This document shows, in pieces, positions 49,643-62,481 of a stretch of DNA of 64,000 bases. Below the pieces are notes generated by a model. The model made no database searches. It worked only from the letters and a program-made list of their open reading frames with translations, and had not been told where the DNA came from. Both the position numbers and the translations under genes were made by a program. Source of the stretch: Gekko japonicus (Eukaryota); assembly GCF_001447785.1 (NCBI RefSeq), contig NW_015171514.1:403639-467638 (forward strand). The letters are read 5' to 3'. Numbering within the stretch: the stretch's first letter is position 1; each line of letters begins with the position of its first letter.

Positions 49643-50260
49643 GTAGGATTGCCAACTCCCAGGTGGGGCTTGGAGATCTCCCAGAATTGCAACTGATCTC
49701 CAGAGAATAAAGATCTCTTGGAGAAAATGCCTGCTTTAAAGGGTGGAAGTCCCTCCCCTCCTCAAAACCCACCCTCCCCAGGGTCCACCCCAAACCTTTT
49801 TTTAAATAATTTTTTTGCCATCAAGTCAAGCTGATTTCTGGCGACCCCTAGTGGGGCTTGAAGACAAGGGACATTCAAAGGTGGCTTGCCATTGTCTGCC
49901 TCTGCAAAACAATCCTGGTTTTCCTTGGAGGTCTCTCATCCAAATACTTGCCAAATAATGATGAGATTGGGCTGGCCTGGACTATCCAGATCAGAGCTGG
50001 TCCACCCCCAAACCTTAAGGAATTTTCCAACCCAGAGCTTGGCAGCCCTAGCAATCTGTCACAGCAACCTGGAGATCTCCCAGAATTACAAGTGTTCTCC
50101 AGATGACAGAGGTCAGTTCTCCTGGAGAAAATGGCTACTTTAGAGGGCGAGCTCCACGGCATTATATCCTACAAAGGTCCCTCCCCTGTCCAAACCTTGC
50201 CTTGTCCAGGCTGCACCCCCAAATCACCAGGAATTTCTGAACCTGGAGTTGGCAACCCAA
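49643..50260. mobile_element. Two adjacent hAT MITE copies (TAGGRTTGCCA family); the first is interrupted by a 5S-derived SINE
   Basis: Termini TAGGATTGCCAA...TTGGCAGCCCTA (50050) and ...TTGGCAACCCAA (50260). Confidence 0.7.
49800..49997 (-). mobile_element. 5S rRNA-derived SINE (internally deleted)
   Basis: Flanked by a ~17-bp TSD GGTCCACCCC(C)AAACCTT. Confidence 0.75.
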
Positions 50261-50765
50261 GGGCTTTATCAATTACCAGTCTCAGGTGGACCATTCAAGA
50301 CAGTTTTTAAAAGGTGGTTTGTTGTGCCAACAGGAGAAGAAATTTTACCTTATCCTCTTCATTTTGTTCTTGAGGAATTTTTTTAAAAAGTCCCTCAGAG
50401 ACATGTGGCAGAACATAGTGGAACCAAGGGTTCCTTTGATTCAGCCTCCTCTCTCCCTCAGTGGCAGAATTTTGGGGGCCTGTGTAAATAAATGCCTGGG
50501 GGAGGAGGGGTGTCTGGTGAAGTCCTGACTGAGAAACCAACATGCTGTCTCATACAGAATGGATTTTAACATGGGGAGTTTTCTGAGAGGTTCGGTCAGT
50601 CTTGCTGCTCACTTCAAATCAAGGTAGAGACTGGCAAAAGGTCTCTGTGGGAAAAATGTTTTAAAAGGATCTGAAGTTAAAAAAATACCTGAGAGGGGAG
50701 CAAAGAGAGAGAGAGAGAGAGGCTTCCTCTACCGAGCCTTGATTGTTTGTTTCTTTTTCCTACAG

Positions 50766-50873
50766 TTCAGTCACTTGGCTGTGTGGGGGAGCATGCTGTT
50801 ATGGCTGGTGTTCTTCGGGGCCTACTCGTGCATCTGGCCCGTCATCCCTATCGCCCCAGACATGCTTGGACAG
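50766..50873 (+). CDS. ATP8A2: ATP8A2 coding exon, [36 protein letters not shown]
   Basis: tttttcctacag| acceptor and |gtcagt donor; 108 nt; lies inside ORF 50739..50939. Confidence 0.96.
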
Positions 50874-51502
50874 GTCAGTCCCTTTGGTTCACAGTGGCAA
50901 AGAGCTGGGCAGGCAGGCTTTCCATTTCAGACCTATTAATAGAAGCTGTACATTTAAGTCAAATGTAAGGCTGTGGCAGTGGTTTTGAAAGGAATGCTGT
51001 GAAGTTACAATTTGTTTTAAATGTCTTCCAGGTGAAAAGTTCTGCTTTTAAAAAACGTACAGCTGAAGGCAAGGCTTTGGTCCTAACCAAGGGCAGCCTT
51101 ATCCTTTCCTCTTCCTTGGGAGAGGAAAGGTTCAGTTTCACCGCCCCCTCCCCTCCCCTCTGGTCTTTTGTCACAGTTTTGTCAACCATACAAATCAGAA
51201 TTCCTCCAGGTACCATTGTGGTGCAGGAACAGTCCAGATACCTTGCAAAGAGGTCGCAGAACACAAAAGCAGTATGCATTCAGTGCTCTTTTAAAAAAAT
51301 TAATGCAATAAATCCAATGGTGTGAGAAGTATTTGTAGATCTTGTTATTTTAATGATGTTATTTATGATTTATGTTTTATCTTCTTGTGATCAATTGTAA
51401 CGTCCTTTGGCTATATGCAATAAATACTACCTTACCGTATTGTCATAAACCAAGCTATCTGGTATAGAACACTAGGACAGTATTTGGAGGGGGGTTGCCA
51501 GC

Positions 51503-51708
51503 CAGTGTTCCCTCTAAGCGGAGTTAGTGTGAGCTAGCTCACAATTTTTTAGCCTCCAGCTCACACATTTCTGTCTTCGCTCAGGAAGGATGGCTCCAGA
51601 GCAAACTGATTTACACAGTAGCCAAATCGCTCGCTCACAACTTTAATTCCAGTAGCTCACTAAGTAGAATTTTTGCTCACAAGACTCTGCAGCTTAGAGG
51701 GAGCACTG
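51503..51708. mobile_element. hAT MITE
   Basis: TIRs CAGTGTTCCCTCTAAG / CTTAGAGGGAGCACTG; TSD about GTTGCCA(G)C. Confidence 0.85.
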
Positions 51709-52832
51709 GTTGCCACCAGTGTAAAGTGTTTGCGGAAGCAGACTTCCAGATGCCTATCAGCCAGGCCTTGTGAACAAAAGCCTATGCATGAAGGAAGAGA
51801 AAGTTTGCATCCAGAAAGCTGGTAACACTTGCATAAACCTGTGTTTATAAATCTATGCACATATATTTCTCTCAGTTGTGGGCAGTGTGCATTCACGATT
51901 TGACATTAGTAATGTGATATTTTCCAGTTGGTGGTTTATTTTATGGAATAGCGCTTGCAAACTGAATGTTTTCTGAAGCAGTATTGTATATCTTTTCTGA
52001 TTGCCCAGCTTTTTTCTAGTACTCTTTGACTTGCGGAAAGGAAAAGAAAATATACCTGTAAAATAAATTACTGGGTGACCATAACCAGGAGGGAGCGGCA
52101 TGTGTCACTAGCACTTATTCGTACAGTGTTAAGAGAGGGTTTGGATTTGTTCCTTCAACATCTATTGAGTTCCAGGTGGTGAAATTCTCCCTTTCGGTGT
52201 CATGATTTCATCCCTTGGAGAACAGGGGAAAATAATGAGCCTGTCAAAACCACTCAGGAGTCCGATGGGAATCTGTAAAATAGGAGACTCCTGGGGGGAA
52301 ATGAAAGTTTAATCAATGTAAGTGAAAATACTACAGGGAGCAAACTCGTAGTAAATGAAAATGTGTTGTTCTAGCAAGTTGGAAGCCACATTTACAAGTG
52401 TAAAGAAACACCCTTTGAGTGACTGAATGATTTTTATATGTTCTCACAACCAATGGTCATGGCAGTATATATCCACAGAAGGGTAAACAATGAAGTTAGT
52501 GAAACAAAATCATACAGAAAAGATGAATGCTTCTGAAATTTTCCTCTTACTAGTTTTTCCCTGGATTTTCAATTTCCAAAATACTTGCTCCAGTTTCCAA
52601 AGTACAATTGATTGCACTCCTCTCCCAAAGAATCCCATCCCAAATTTCTGTTCTACAGCCAAGCAAAATATTTGCACTTGCGGAGAAGAGCATTTTTGTC
52701 CTTTTGGCAGAATCTTTAACCTAGGTCTGGGTGTGTGGCATGTGAGATTTCATTTAGAAAATGGAATATGCACCCAATTGCACCTTGCGTGTTTTAGCAT
52801 TTTCCTCTCCGACTGGCTTTTTTCTGGTCACT

Positions 52833-53440
52833 GAGAGGCAGTGTGGTATAGTGGTTAAAATGTGGGACTAGGAGCTGGTGGAGCTGCGGTGGCTCAAGTG
52901 GTTAAGACGCTGAACTGCAGGCTGTAGAAGGTCAGTAGTTCAGCAGTTCAAGACCCGGGTGCCGCAAGACGGGGTGAGCTCCCGTCTCTAGTTCCAGCTC
53001 CTGCCAACCTAGCAGTTAGAAAGCGAGAAATTGCAAGTAGATAAATAGGTACCACTTCGGTGGGAAAGTAACAGCGTTCCGTGCACCTTGGTGTTTAGTC
53101 ATGCCGGCCACATGACCACGGAAATGTCTTCGGACAGCGCTGGCTCTTCGGCTTTGAAACGGCGATGAGCACCGCAACCTTAGAGTCGGATTCGACTGGC
53201 TTTCGAGCAAGGGAACCTTTACCTTTACTAGGAGCTGGTAGATCCAGGTTCAAACCCCCACTTTGCCATGGAGAGCCTCTGACTGCGTATGGGCCAGTCA
53301 CACACTCTCAGCATAACCTACCCCACATTTTAACCACAGAGGTTGTTGTGAGGATAAAATGAAGGACAGGAGAATGATCTAGGTTGCTTTGGATCCCCAT
53401 TGTGGAGAAAGGCAGTGTGCAAAGGAAGTGAAGAAATAAA
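52833..53440 (+). mobile_element. Squam3-like tRNA/CORE SINE hosting a Sauria SINE
   Basis: A box TGGTATAGTGG lies before the insert; B box GGTTCAAACCC and the CORE region lie after it. Confidence 0.78.
52880..53226 (+). mobile_element. Sauria SINE, full length
   Basis: tRNA-like head, (ACCTTT)n tail, 13-bp TSD ACTAGGAGCTGGT. Confidence 0.9.
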
Positions 53441-54092
53441 TTCCAGAATTGAGATAAAATTTGCTTCAAAAAACAGCAGAGCACGGGGCCGGGGAGGGAT
53501 AGTGTTAGTGCCGCTCACGTGCACACTCCAGTTTTGATTGGACTGCGGCCCACCCTCCACCTTACGTGAGTGGCTGGGCTCATCATATTAGGGTCCTTCC
53601 GTATTTACTTTCAAGTAAAATAAAGGCATTGAAAAGATTCCAGATTCTGAATCAGTGGATCTTTCTTGCACAGAATGATTATATTATACTCCATCTCTGA
53701 TCTTTCTCACGTTTTATAAATCAAGGTGGGCAGCCGTGTTGGTTTGAAGCAAAAGAACAAAGTGTGTGTGGAATTTACTGTTGCAAAGTGGGGTGAACCC
53801 TAAGCCGCTTTCTCTGTTCCTCCCAGTAGTCTTCAAGGCAGATGGGCAGTTTATTCCTATGGGGGCAGAACCTAGGCTACTGGCTGTGTCCCCTTCTATC
53901 CTGCCTGCCTATATATGTCTCCCAAGAGTTTGCCTTTGTCCCAAGCAAGGCAGAGTGGCTGGCTGGTTGCCTTTTAAGGTGGGGTAAAGCCTTAGCCTCT
54001 GTTATTAGGCATCCCACATATACAGGCAAACTCTTTATCATAGGCCACAGCTCCTTCTATCTACCAGACACTGACCTAAACAATAATATAGT

Positions 54093-54503
54093 CAGGGGTC
54101 ATTTCCTGCAGGAGCGCACAGGAGCGGAGCTCCAGCAGTAAAGAGCCCAGGGGGCGGGCACATGCAACAAACCCCACCCCCTGCTCCCAGCAGCCCTCAG
54201 TCAGAGCAAGAAGCAGCCAGGTAAGTTGCAGAGCTTCCCCTGGCCCCCCCCGGTCCAAAACAGTCCAGTTGCACTTTTAAGACCAAGTTTTATTCAGATA
54301 CCAGCTCTCCCTCCTCTGCAAGGACAGATCTGCACGTTCCTTCCCCCCCCCCCCCAATAGCTAGCAATCCAAAACAGCCCAGTGGAGCCTGAGCGGTGGG
54401 TGTTGCCTTCTGACACACTTCCGGTGATGTCAGGGGGTGTGGCATATACTAATGAGTTATGCTAATGAGCTCCTGCACCTCTTTTTCTACGAAATGACCC
54501 CTG
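54093..54503. mobile_element. hAT MITE
   Basis: TIRs CAGGGGTCATTTC / GAAATGACCCCTG; perfect TSD AATATAGT. Confidence 0.92.
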
Positions 54504-56914
54504 AATATAGTTCATGCAAACACATGACCCTTAGTCATATTGAATAAGAATTTCTATTAAAGGCAGTGAGCTGATGGAGCAGGTGTTTGAAAGTGGTAAT
54601 GCTATGCACACAAAAAAGTAATTGGGACAATCCTGTTTGGTGGGAAGATCAGTTCACTGCTCTGGTTGGATCATATCCCTGTCAGACATATATCAGCAGA
54701 GTCATTCTCTGTCCTCACTGCCCCTCCTGCTTCCCATGGCCTAGGAAAATGAAAGCTGAGATACATAGTGCCAGAGCAGAACTGCTCCTGAATGTCAGAA
54801 ATCATTTTGTTTCAGCCAGGAGCATTTACAACATTATTTATAAAGACGTCTGGTTCTGATGCTGTTACAACTAGTAAAACTCCAACTGCATATCTCTGAT
54901 TCAAAGTAGGTATCCTCCATAACAGGAGATCAAATTTTGCTATCTTGATTTGTTAGGCAAACAAAATGAAAGGCAATTATCCAAAAATACAGCAAGTAGC
55001 ATGAGATGTAATAGATTGTATCATTTAGAAGCTGTTGTTAAATACATAATTGTTAACTAACTATCCATTCGTCATACTTGCCATGTGACTCTGAGACCAT
55101 GTAAAAGTTCTGAGGTGCTTTCAGAGATAAAAAGAAAACCCTGGGGTAGAGAGATTCTAGCAGCGGATCTAAGCTTATTGATAGCCACTAAAAAGCATCA
55201 TTGCGTGTTAGAAAACAAGAAAAGCAAAACAGTTTGGAAGCAAATTAACATTTGGTAAGATTTCTTATTGCATCATTTCATCTACCAAACAAGAGAAACT
55301 CTGGAATCCTACCCTATAAAATCTGGTTGTGATCTAATAAATATTTCATTATGTTGTGATAGGAGATAATAGAAGTTATGGCAGATTGCTGCGGACAGCT
55401 TCCCAGAGTGAGGATAGAGAGTGACAGGTGACAGGACATGACCTGCCAATAGGCCCATGACCGACAGAGATAAAAAACCAAATTTCTTCAATAATTTCCC
55501 CTGGCATCCTCAGTATGCTTCACAGAGCCATTTGCATCAGCACCTCTAGTTCATATTTCCATAAAAATAGGGTGAACCTTGGCTAACAGCATTGTATAGA
55601 GTCACGAAACATGTTTTGCATCCCAGGGCACTAAACTCATAAGGCCCCTGCTAATATATCAGTATATGAAACTTACCATTGACCCAAGACCACAAATTAG
55701 AAGCTTTGATTTGTTAAAAAAATCAGGCCCGATTGAACTGTTTATGAGAACTCATTTTATTTGACGGTTCACTGAATATTCTCATTTCTATTTTCAGATC
55801 AAAAACAGAAATTTTAATTATGAATCATTTCTGGAAAACATTTTGATCATTCAGATATTCACTTTTTTATACCACTGTTCTATACCATTGTTTCCCTTGG
55901 CTGCGGCTACTGCTTTGGCCCCCTTTTCCCTTTGACTGCAACTTATCTTCCTGGGTCATTCACGTGGTTGATCATAGCCAATCAGGAAGCTCATAGACAA
56001 TGAGATGATATGATGCTACATATCCAATCAGATTTTGGCGATATGGTGACATCATTGGAAACAAATACAGAGAGTTGAAAGCGCATCCTGGATGAGATAT
56101 CCCTGTCAATCAAAGCTGTAATTAGCAGGATGATGTTACAACATTACCTAGCTAGTCAGGTTTGCCTATGTGGCCATGCCACTGAGGGCTTGTAAAATCT
56201 ATTAACAGTTAGAGCAAGTCAGATAAAGTAAATGAATAAACAGATACTTTTTCAGTGATACCAAAAAAGTAAGTAATGTGAACTTATCCTTAATTTTATT
56301 GAATCTAAAGAGGGGGGAAAATTCTACATCACAGTTGTGCTTGGCATCTGTTTCACATATAAATACTTTCTTCAAAATGTTTTTGTACTTAAAACATGTT
56401 ATTTTATACTCACTGGACTTTCTTAAACAAATGATGTTGTGAGAGGTGGCATTAATGCCTCACTATAGCTGACAGTACTGGAGATTATTTTTATCCAAAC
56501 CATAATACTTACACGGTGTGTGATTGACTGTGGTTATTAACATAGTCCAGTACTTGTAGCACTGTGTTCCTAGATCAGATCAATTACCCAGTATGTTAAA
56601 GATCCATTCATCATCTAAGCAAGAATAAAGAGATCTGGGAGAAAGGGAGTCAGTCTAAACATAAAGATTGTTTCTAGCATTCAGATTATTTTTAAGAACA
56701 CCTCTCTGTAATAGAATTGTCAGTGTTTGGCTCCCAAAACTGTACGTTGTAAGTAAAGCCAGAGAGAGGATTAAAATATAAATCTCCCATCCTCCTCCTA
56801 TGAAAGAGGGCCCGTAACAATTCAGTGGAAGAGGCCAAATGTATAAAACTTCAGTTAATAGTAAAAAAAATCTGCTGCCAGTATATAATATCAATTGCAC
56901 AGAATCCATGCTGG

Positions 56915-57133
56915 AGGTAGAAAGTGCCATCAAATTACAGCTGATTTATAGTGACCCCCCCCCCATAGGGTTTTAAAGGCAAGAGACAAACAGAGATGAT
57001 TTGCCATTTGCTGGCCTCTGCATAGCAACCCGGGACTTCCTTGGTGATGGCCTATCCAAGTACTATCCATGGCCCACCCTGCTTAGCTTCCAGGATCTGA
57101 TGAGAAAGGGCTAGCCTGGGCCATCCAAGTCAG
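56915..57133 (-). mobile_element. 5S rRNA-derived SINE
   Basis: Reverse complement has CAGATCCTGGAAGCTAAGCAGGG..TAGTACTTGGAT and an RTE-like 3' end. Confidence 0.8.
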
Positions 57134-57200
57134 TGGGACGCCACACTAGTCCATGATTAAGGAATATTCCTTCCACTGTAGCACTCTCTCGCTCTCTCAT

Positions 57201-57203
<3 letters not shown>

Positions 57204-57248
<45 letters not shown>
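57204..57248. repeat. (CA)n microsatellite
   Basis: Read directly from the sequence. Confidence 0.95.
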
Positions 57249-57252
<4 letters not shown>

Positions 57253-58714
57253 TTGGGGCAAAGTCCAAAAATTGTGTCAGATGTATGCAAGTCCTGGTGC
57301 TCCTAAAGGAGCTGTCCAGTTCATGATGAGAATGGTTTTCACTCTTTTTTATTATTTAAAATGGCAGGATAGGGACTGAATGAGAAGGTAACCAGTAAAT
57401 TGCAATAGCTGTAGCTTGAGCTAGGATGCTAAAGGTGTTACAATGGGTATCAAATATTCAGGTTGCATTCTCAGCTGAGGTAGGAAAAAGAAAATCCGAA
57501 TAAATAAGAGGGCAGCAGCACCAGTCTTCAGAAGAACAGGTGACGAGGCAAACCCGGAAAAGTGCAAAGCACAGTCGTTCTGTTTACCAGATCCATCCAA
57601 ATTAAATTGACTGATGCCTTTGGAGTACAACAGGCTCTTCAACAGAGGCAAATTGTTGGTCATTGCCTTTTCTCCTAAATGAGCAGTTTCTTTTCCTTTT
57701 GTGAATAAAAAGGGTTGCAAGTGTTCTCTTGATATGAAACGAAACCCTTCATCTCATAAGCAAAAAAAAAAGACCAACAATTTCTCTCTGATGAAGAATA
57801 TGTAGTACTCAAAATGCATCAGGCTAGTTAATTCGGAGCACACCACTACATAGAACAACTTCATTTAGACACCTTTTGAGGTTTGCTTCTTGTTGCTTTG
57901 TTGTTGAGAAATATTCCTCTTTTATCCTCCCCTCTTATGCCTGTAATACTGCAAGGTGAGGTACTTTACTTCATGGGTGTTTTATTCTTTCCTTTGAAGC
58001 ATCTGCCATAAGGCATTGCTGGATACAGGATATTAAACCTGATGGACCATTAGTAGTTTCTGGTTTGGTAATTCCCATTTCCCTTTCTCGGTGTAAGCTT
58101 CTCATGTTTTGTCATGGATTAATTTATTTTGATCCTCTTGAACAGAAAACACACTGTGTTCTTTTTAATTTTTAGGGGCTTCCTTTAGGAAGAGACTTTT
58201 AACATTTTTTGTATACTGTGCTGCAATATGAAGTATTTATTGCTTTTGTGAATGACATGTTGTATCATCTTGTCTAAGAAAGGATTGCTTTGATTTAGAT
58301 TGTCTTTTGATCGCAGTAGATCAGATGGATTTCTCCCGCTATTAAGCCAGTGGTTAGAGGTCTATATCTGCCCATCGTTTCCCAGTTTGTGTCCAGCCTC
58401 ATAACCAGTTTTCACTTCAAGATTCGGCCTTTTTATTTATTGAGGATCGAAAGTGTACAAATTCTAAACGTGTGCCTGGAAAGCCGTTGAGAGGCAGCTG
58501 CAGGCAACTGTCCATTGCACCACATGAGCAATATTTAGAGTGATCTACTTGTATTACAACCAATCCTAAGACTGTTTGTAAAGTTTAGGTCAGAGATTTG
58601 GCCTTATTTCAACTTACTGAGCATCACACAAAACCTAAAAATGTGACAGAAAGGCTACAGAAGGACTCAGCCACAGGCTTCCGCTTTAGGATGAAATTAT
58701 TTTCCTCTAATATT

Positions 58715-58931
58715 GCCCTAACTTGGATGGCTCAGGCTACCCCAATTTCATCAGATCTTGGAAGCTATGCAGGGTCATCCCTGGTTATTGCTTGGATAGG
58801 ACACCACCAAGGAAGTCCAGGGTTCCTATGCAGAGGATGGCAACAGCAAACCACCTCTGTGAATCCCTTGCCTTGAAAACCCTACAGGGTCGCCCTAAGT
58901 TGGCTGCTACTTGACGGCACTTTACACACAC
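58715..58931 (+). mobile_element. 5S rRNA-derived SINE with RTE-like 3' end
   Basis: CATCAGATCTTGGAAGCTATGCAGGGTC..CCTGGTTA head; 3' end GGGTCGCCCTAAGT..ACTTGACGGCACTTTACACACAC. Confidence 0.8.
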
Positions 58932-59624
58932 ATGCAATATTTCCAGGGTGTCAAGTGGACTTCTCCTGGAATTCAGACTTTGGCAACTGACCAACCACTA
59001 CACTGTGCTTGAACAGTATAGCTGGGAAAAAAAAATGTGTATCTGTGCCTGCCTTTACAATTGGCAGTCAAATATCTAATTTCCTCAAAAAGACAGAAGG
59101 AGATTATGTCATGAGGCATGAACCAGGAAATGTGGTTTGATTCATGATTTGTGGTGTGTGCACTATACAAACCATGGACCATCACGAATTTTTTGATGCG
59201 AGACAAACTGGTGAGGTTCATGACATGGTAGAACACACACACACAGCTTGCTAGAAAAATCAACATTACAGGGGATCTCCAGCTGACTCTCCTCTACCTA
59301 CCCTCCAAGTTTGGTGAGGATTGGCTTCACGGGGTCCAAGTTACAGCCCCCCAAAGAAGGTACCCCATCCTCCATTGTTTCCAATGGATTAAGGTCAAAC
59401 CAGAGAATCTCTCAGTAGAAGCTTGGGGGCATTTTTGCAAGCCCAACAGAACCAGTGCAATGTGCCCAGCAGAACCAGTCCATTTACACACCCAGGGAAA
59501 TGCTGAATACAACTCTGGGGTCAAGAAGCAATTTTTCTCCAGGCCAGTTTGGCCAGAGATCCTGGAGGTTTTTTTGTCATCTTCTGGGCATGGAACAGGG
59601 GTCACTGGGGGTGTGGGGGGGAGG

Positions 59625-60088
59625 CAGGGGTTGTTTTGTAGAAAAAGAGCTAGGGGAACTCATTAGCATAACTCATTAGCATATACCACACCCCCTGACA
59701 TCACCGGAAGTGTGTCATAAGGCCACACCCCCTGACATCACCGGAAGTCGTAAGGCCACACACCCCGCCCCCAACGGTCCCGGCCGCCGCCACCGGCCTT
59801 GCAGCTCCACTGCCGAGCCCCATGAGGGGCCCGGCGGTGGACCTGCAAGACCGGCGGGAGTGCAAGAAAGCCCCGCGAAGGCCCTCCCTGGCCCCAGGCA
59901 GGCAGGGGTGGGGAGAGGCAGGTAGGAAGCAACTTACTTTCCCTCTTCTCCTGCCTCCTCCTGGCTGAATGAGGGCCGGAAGTGGGGCGGCCAGAAGTGG
60001 GGGGCAGGGCTTCGTCATGTGCCCCGCCCCCCGTACCTCACCCGGGGGAACTGCGATCCCCCGCGATCCCCCCCCGAAATGACCTCTG
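59625..60088. mobile_element. hAT MITE (same family as 54093-54503) inserted in a CR1 3' fragment (~59500-60171)
   Basis: Termini CAGGGGTTGTTTTG / CGAAATGACCTCTG; perfect TSD GGGGGAGG; the host ends in TTCTATGATTCTATGA. Confidence 0.85.
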
Positions 60089-61010
60089 GGGGGAGGTATT
60101 TGTGAATTTCCTGCACTGTGCAGGGGGTTGGACTAGATGACCCTGGAAGTCCCAGTTCTATGATTCTATGAAACTCAACAGGTCAAGCCAGAAAGTGCTT
60201 TTGGGGAAAATGTCAGGCACAAGTTAAAAAGTGTGTAGAATGGACCCCCTGCAAGCTACACATACCAAACACACAGGAAACCTCACCCTGCCATCCACTC
60301 CTCTACAATCTCTACAAGTTGGGGGCAGATTACATTTCTGGGGTCACAGTTATAGACCCCCCAAAAGGTCTACCCTGTGCTCTCTCTGGAAGAGACAGCT
60401 GCGGTGACAGGAGTCTATGGAACAGCTCATTTACAAGCCATAGAGCAGAATGGGAACTCTGTTATTGGCAGCCACCAGTGCCTGTTAAACTCTGGAGGGC
60501 TCCTATTGGTGTTTCCAAGGCTGGAGAATTCTGCCCCCCACCTCTATTGCCTTGGAGTTTTGGTAAATAGTTTAATTGAAAGGAGACTGTGTGGAAAATG
60601 TAACCATTCACAAATTGCCACGAACTGTCCAAAATTCATTACAAACTTCATGAGCCAGTTACTTCATTACAAACTTTACTTCATGGCCCATTCCTAGTCA
60701 TGAGGGTGCTATACATAACTGCTGATCAGTTTCACAGTGGCATGTGGGATAGCCAGCTGCTATACATGCACAGTCTTGGAAGGTTGCTGTTCAGTGTGCA
60801 CCTTAAGAGAAATCACAACAACAGTCAGCCTCTTCCTTGACGTAGCGTATATACCTGACAGTCAAGTAAGCCTTGACTACTTCCAAGCTTTTACTTACTT
60901 GTAAGATGCAACTTGAGAAACAATGGAAGAATTCTCTCAGTAATCACATTTTGCATTAGTGTGCTTTTCACTAAATTGCTGATATTTGCAGCTTGCTAGG
61001 TGTATTCCAA

Positions 61011-61297
61011 GGAGCTGCGGTGGCTCAAGTGGTTAAGATGCTGAACTGCAGGCTGTGGAAGGTCAGTAGTTCAGCAGTTCGAGACCTGGGTGCCGCATGA
61101 TGGAGTGAGCTCCCATCTCTAGTTCCAGCTCCTGCCAACCTAGCAGTTCGAAAGCAAGAAATTGCATGCGTGGCCACATGACCACGGAAACGTCTTCAGA
61201 CAGTGCTGGCTCTTTGGCTTTGAAACGGAGATGAGCACCGCAACCCTAGAGTCGGATTCGACTGGCTTTCGAGCAAGGGAACCTTTACCTTTACCTT
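61011..61297 (+). mobile_element. Sauria SINE with ~65-bp internal deletion
   Basis: Near-identical to 52880-53226 outside the deletion; 14-bp TSD TAGGTGTATTCCAA. Confidence 0.9.
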
Positions 61298-62192
61298 TAG
61301 GTGTATTCCAAAGTGTTTCTGAAGAATTTTTTTCTCCTTACACTTTTCAGTGTAGGTTTTCTTCTTCTTGGATGGTAGTTTCGGTTATTGCCCTTTTGGT
61401 TTCTCATGTTTCAGCTGCATTTGGCACTGACTGGAAGATCCGCTGTTCCTACGGTGGCTTGTTTGTATATGAGCTCTCACACATATTATACCACAATGTG
61501 GACATTTCATCCCATGGAGAAGCTTCATTCACATATTAAGCCAGAAATCAGATTTCTGTCTGCAGATGTAGGCTTTCAGTGCTGATCTTGTTTGCTTTCA
61601 TTGTTAATGGTCTCTGGTCTGTTTGATGTGGCTTTAGAACTTTTCTGGACTGTACTTGAGGCAGACGGATCAGCACAGCATAATGACATGTGCATGTTTT
61701 TTCAAAGCTGTATTGAAGGGATTTCAGAGGCTCTCAAGCTGTGAGCTAGGCTTCCCCAAGGAGGCACAAGCTATTCTTGGGAGGGGGAGGGCAGAAGGGC
61801 TCTTGCTTGGCTTCTCCAAGTCCAGTTTTAGTGTGCATGCTTTAATTTGACTGCAGTGCTAAGTGCTGACTTGTAATCCACACCTGTTCTTTACAAATGC
61901 ACTGTGGAAGATGGTAAGCAGCTGGTGAACACTCACTCTTCCCTGCGTTAATATGTGTTCCCTGGAGTAAGGCCTGCCATTTTCCTTGGACAGAAGCTGA
62001 TTCCAGGAAAGGCCAGGGAGGGAAAGAGCTGAAGGGACCTTAGTAGCCATGCTGTTTGTCAATAATCAAGTAGCACTTTTAAGAACTTGAAGGCAACTGA
62101 TGGATTCCATTTTGGAATGAACAGAAGTCCACAACACTGAGTGAGGCAGAAGCACACTTACCGTTGGGTTTTCCTTGACTGGTGGTATGTCC

Positions 62193-62194
<2 letters not shown>

Positions 62195-62233
<39 letters not shown>

Positions 62234-62439
62234 GTGCCATCAAATCGCAACCCACTTATGGCAACCTTGTAGGGTTTCAAGACAAGAGACTAACAAAGGT
62301 GGTTTGTCATTGCCTTCCTCAGCATGGTGACCCTGGACTTCCTTGGTGGCCTCCCATCCAAATACCAACCAGGGCAAATCCAGCTTAGCTGCCAAAGTCT
62401 GATGAGATCGGGCTACCCTGGGCCATCAGAATCAGGGCA
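62195..62439 (-). mobile_element. 5S rRNA-derived SINE with expanded (CA)n tail
   Basis: Reverse complement has GCCCGATCTCATCAGACTTTGGCAGCTAAGC...TTTGGATGGGAGGCCACC; (GT)n at 62195-62231. Confidence 0.82.
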
Positions 62440-62481
62440 CATCCACATAGGCAGCTCCTTTGCTCTTGCTTAATTCCTGCA

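Larger units (their letters stand above)
22700..50873 (+). other. ATP8A2: Span of six consecutive internal coding exons of ATP8A2 (partial gene; flanking sequence presumed intronic)
   Basis: Exons of 75, 123, 79, 62, 57 and 108 nt have AG/GT boundaries and compatible phases. They join into a continuous 168-aa P4-ATPase membrane segment with ATP8A2-type residues ([32 protein letters not shown]). Confidence 0.95.

Noticed and set aside
58735-58815. 5S rRNA gene
   Set aside because: Lacks the 5S 5' end and terminator, is diverged, and is fused to a SINE body present in multiple copies.
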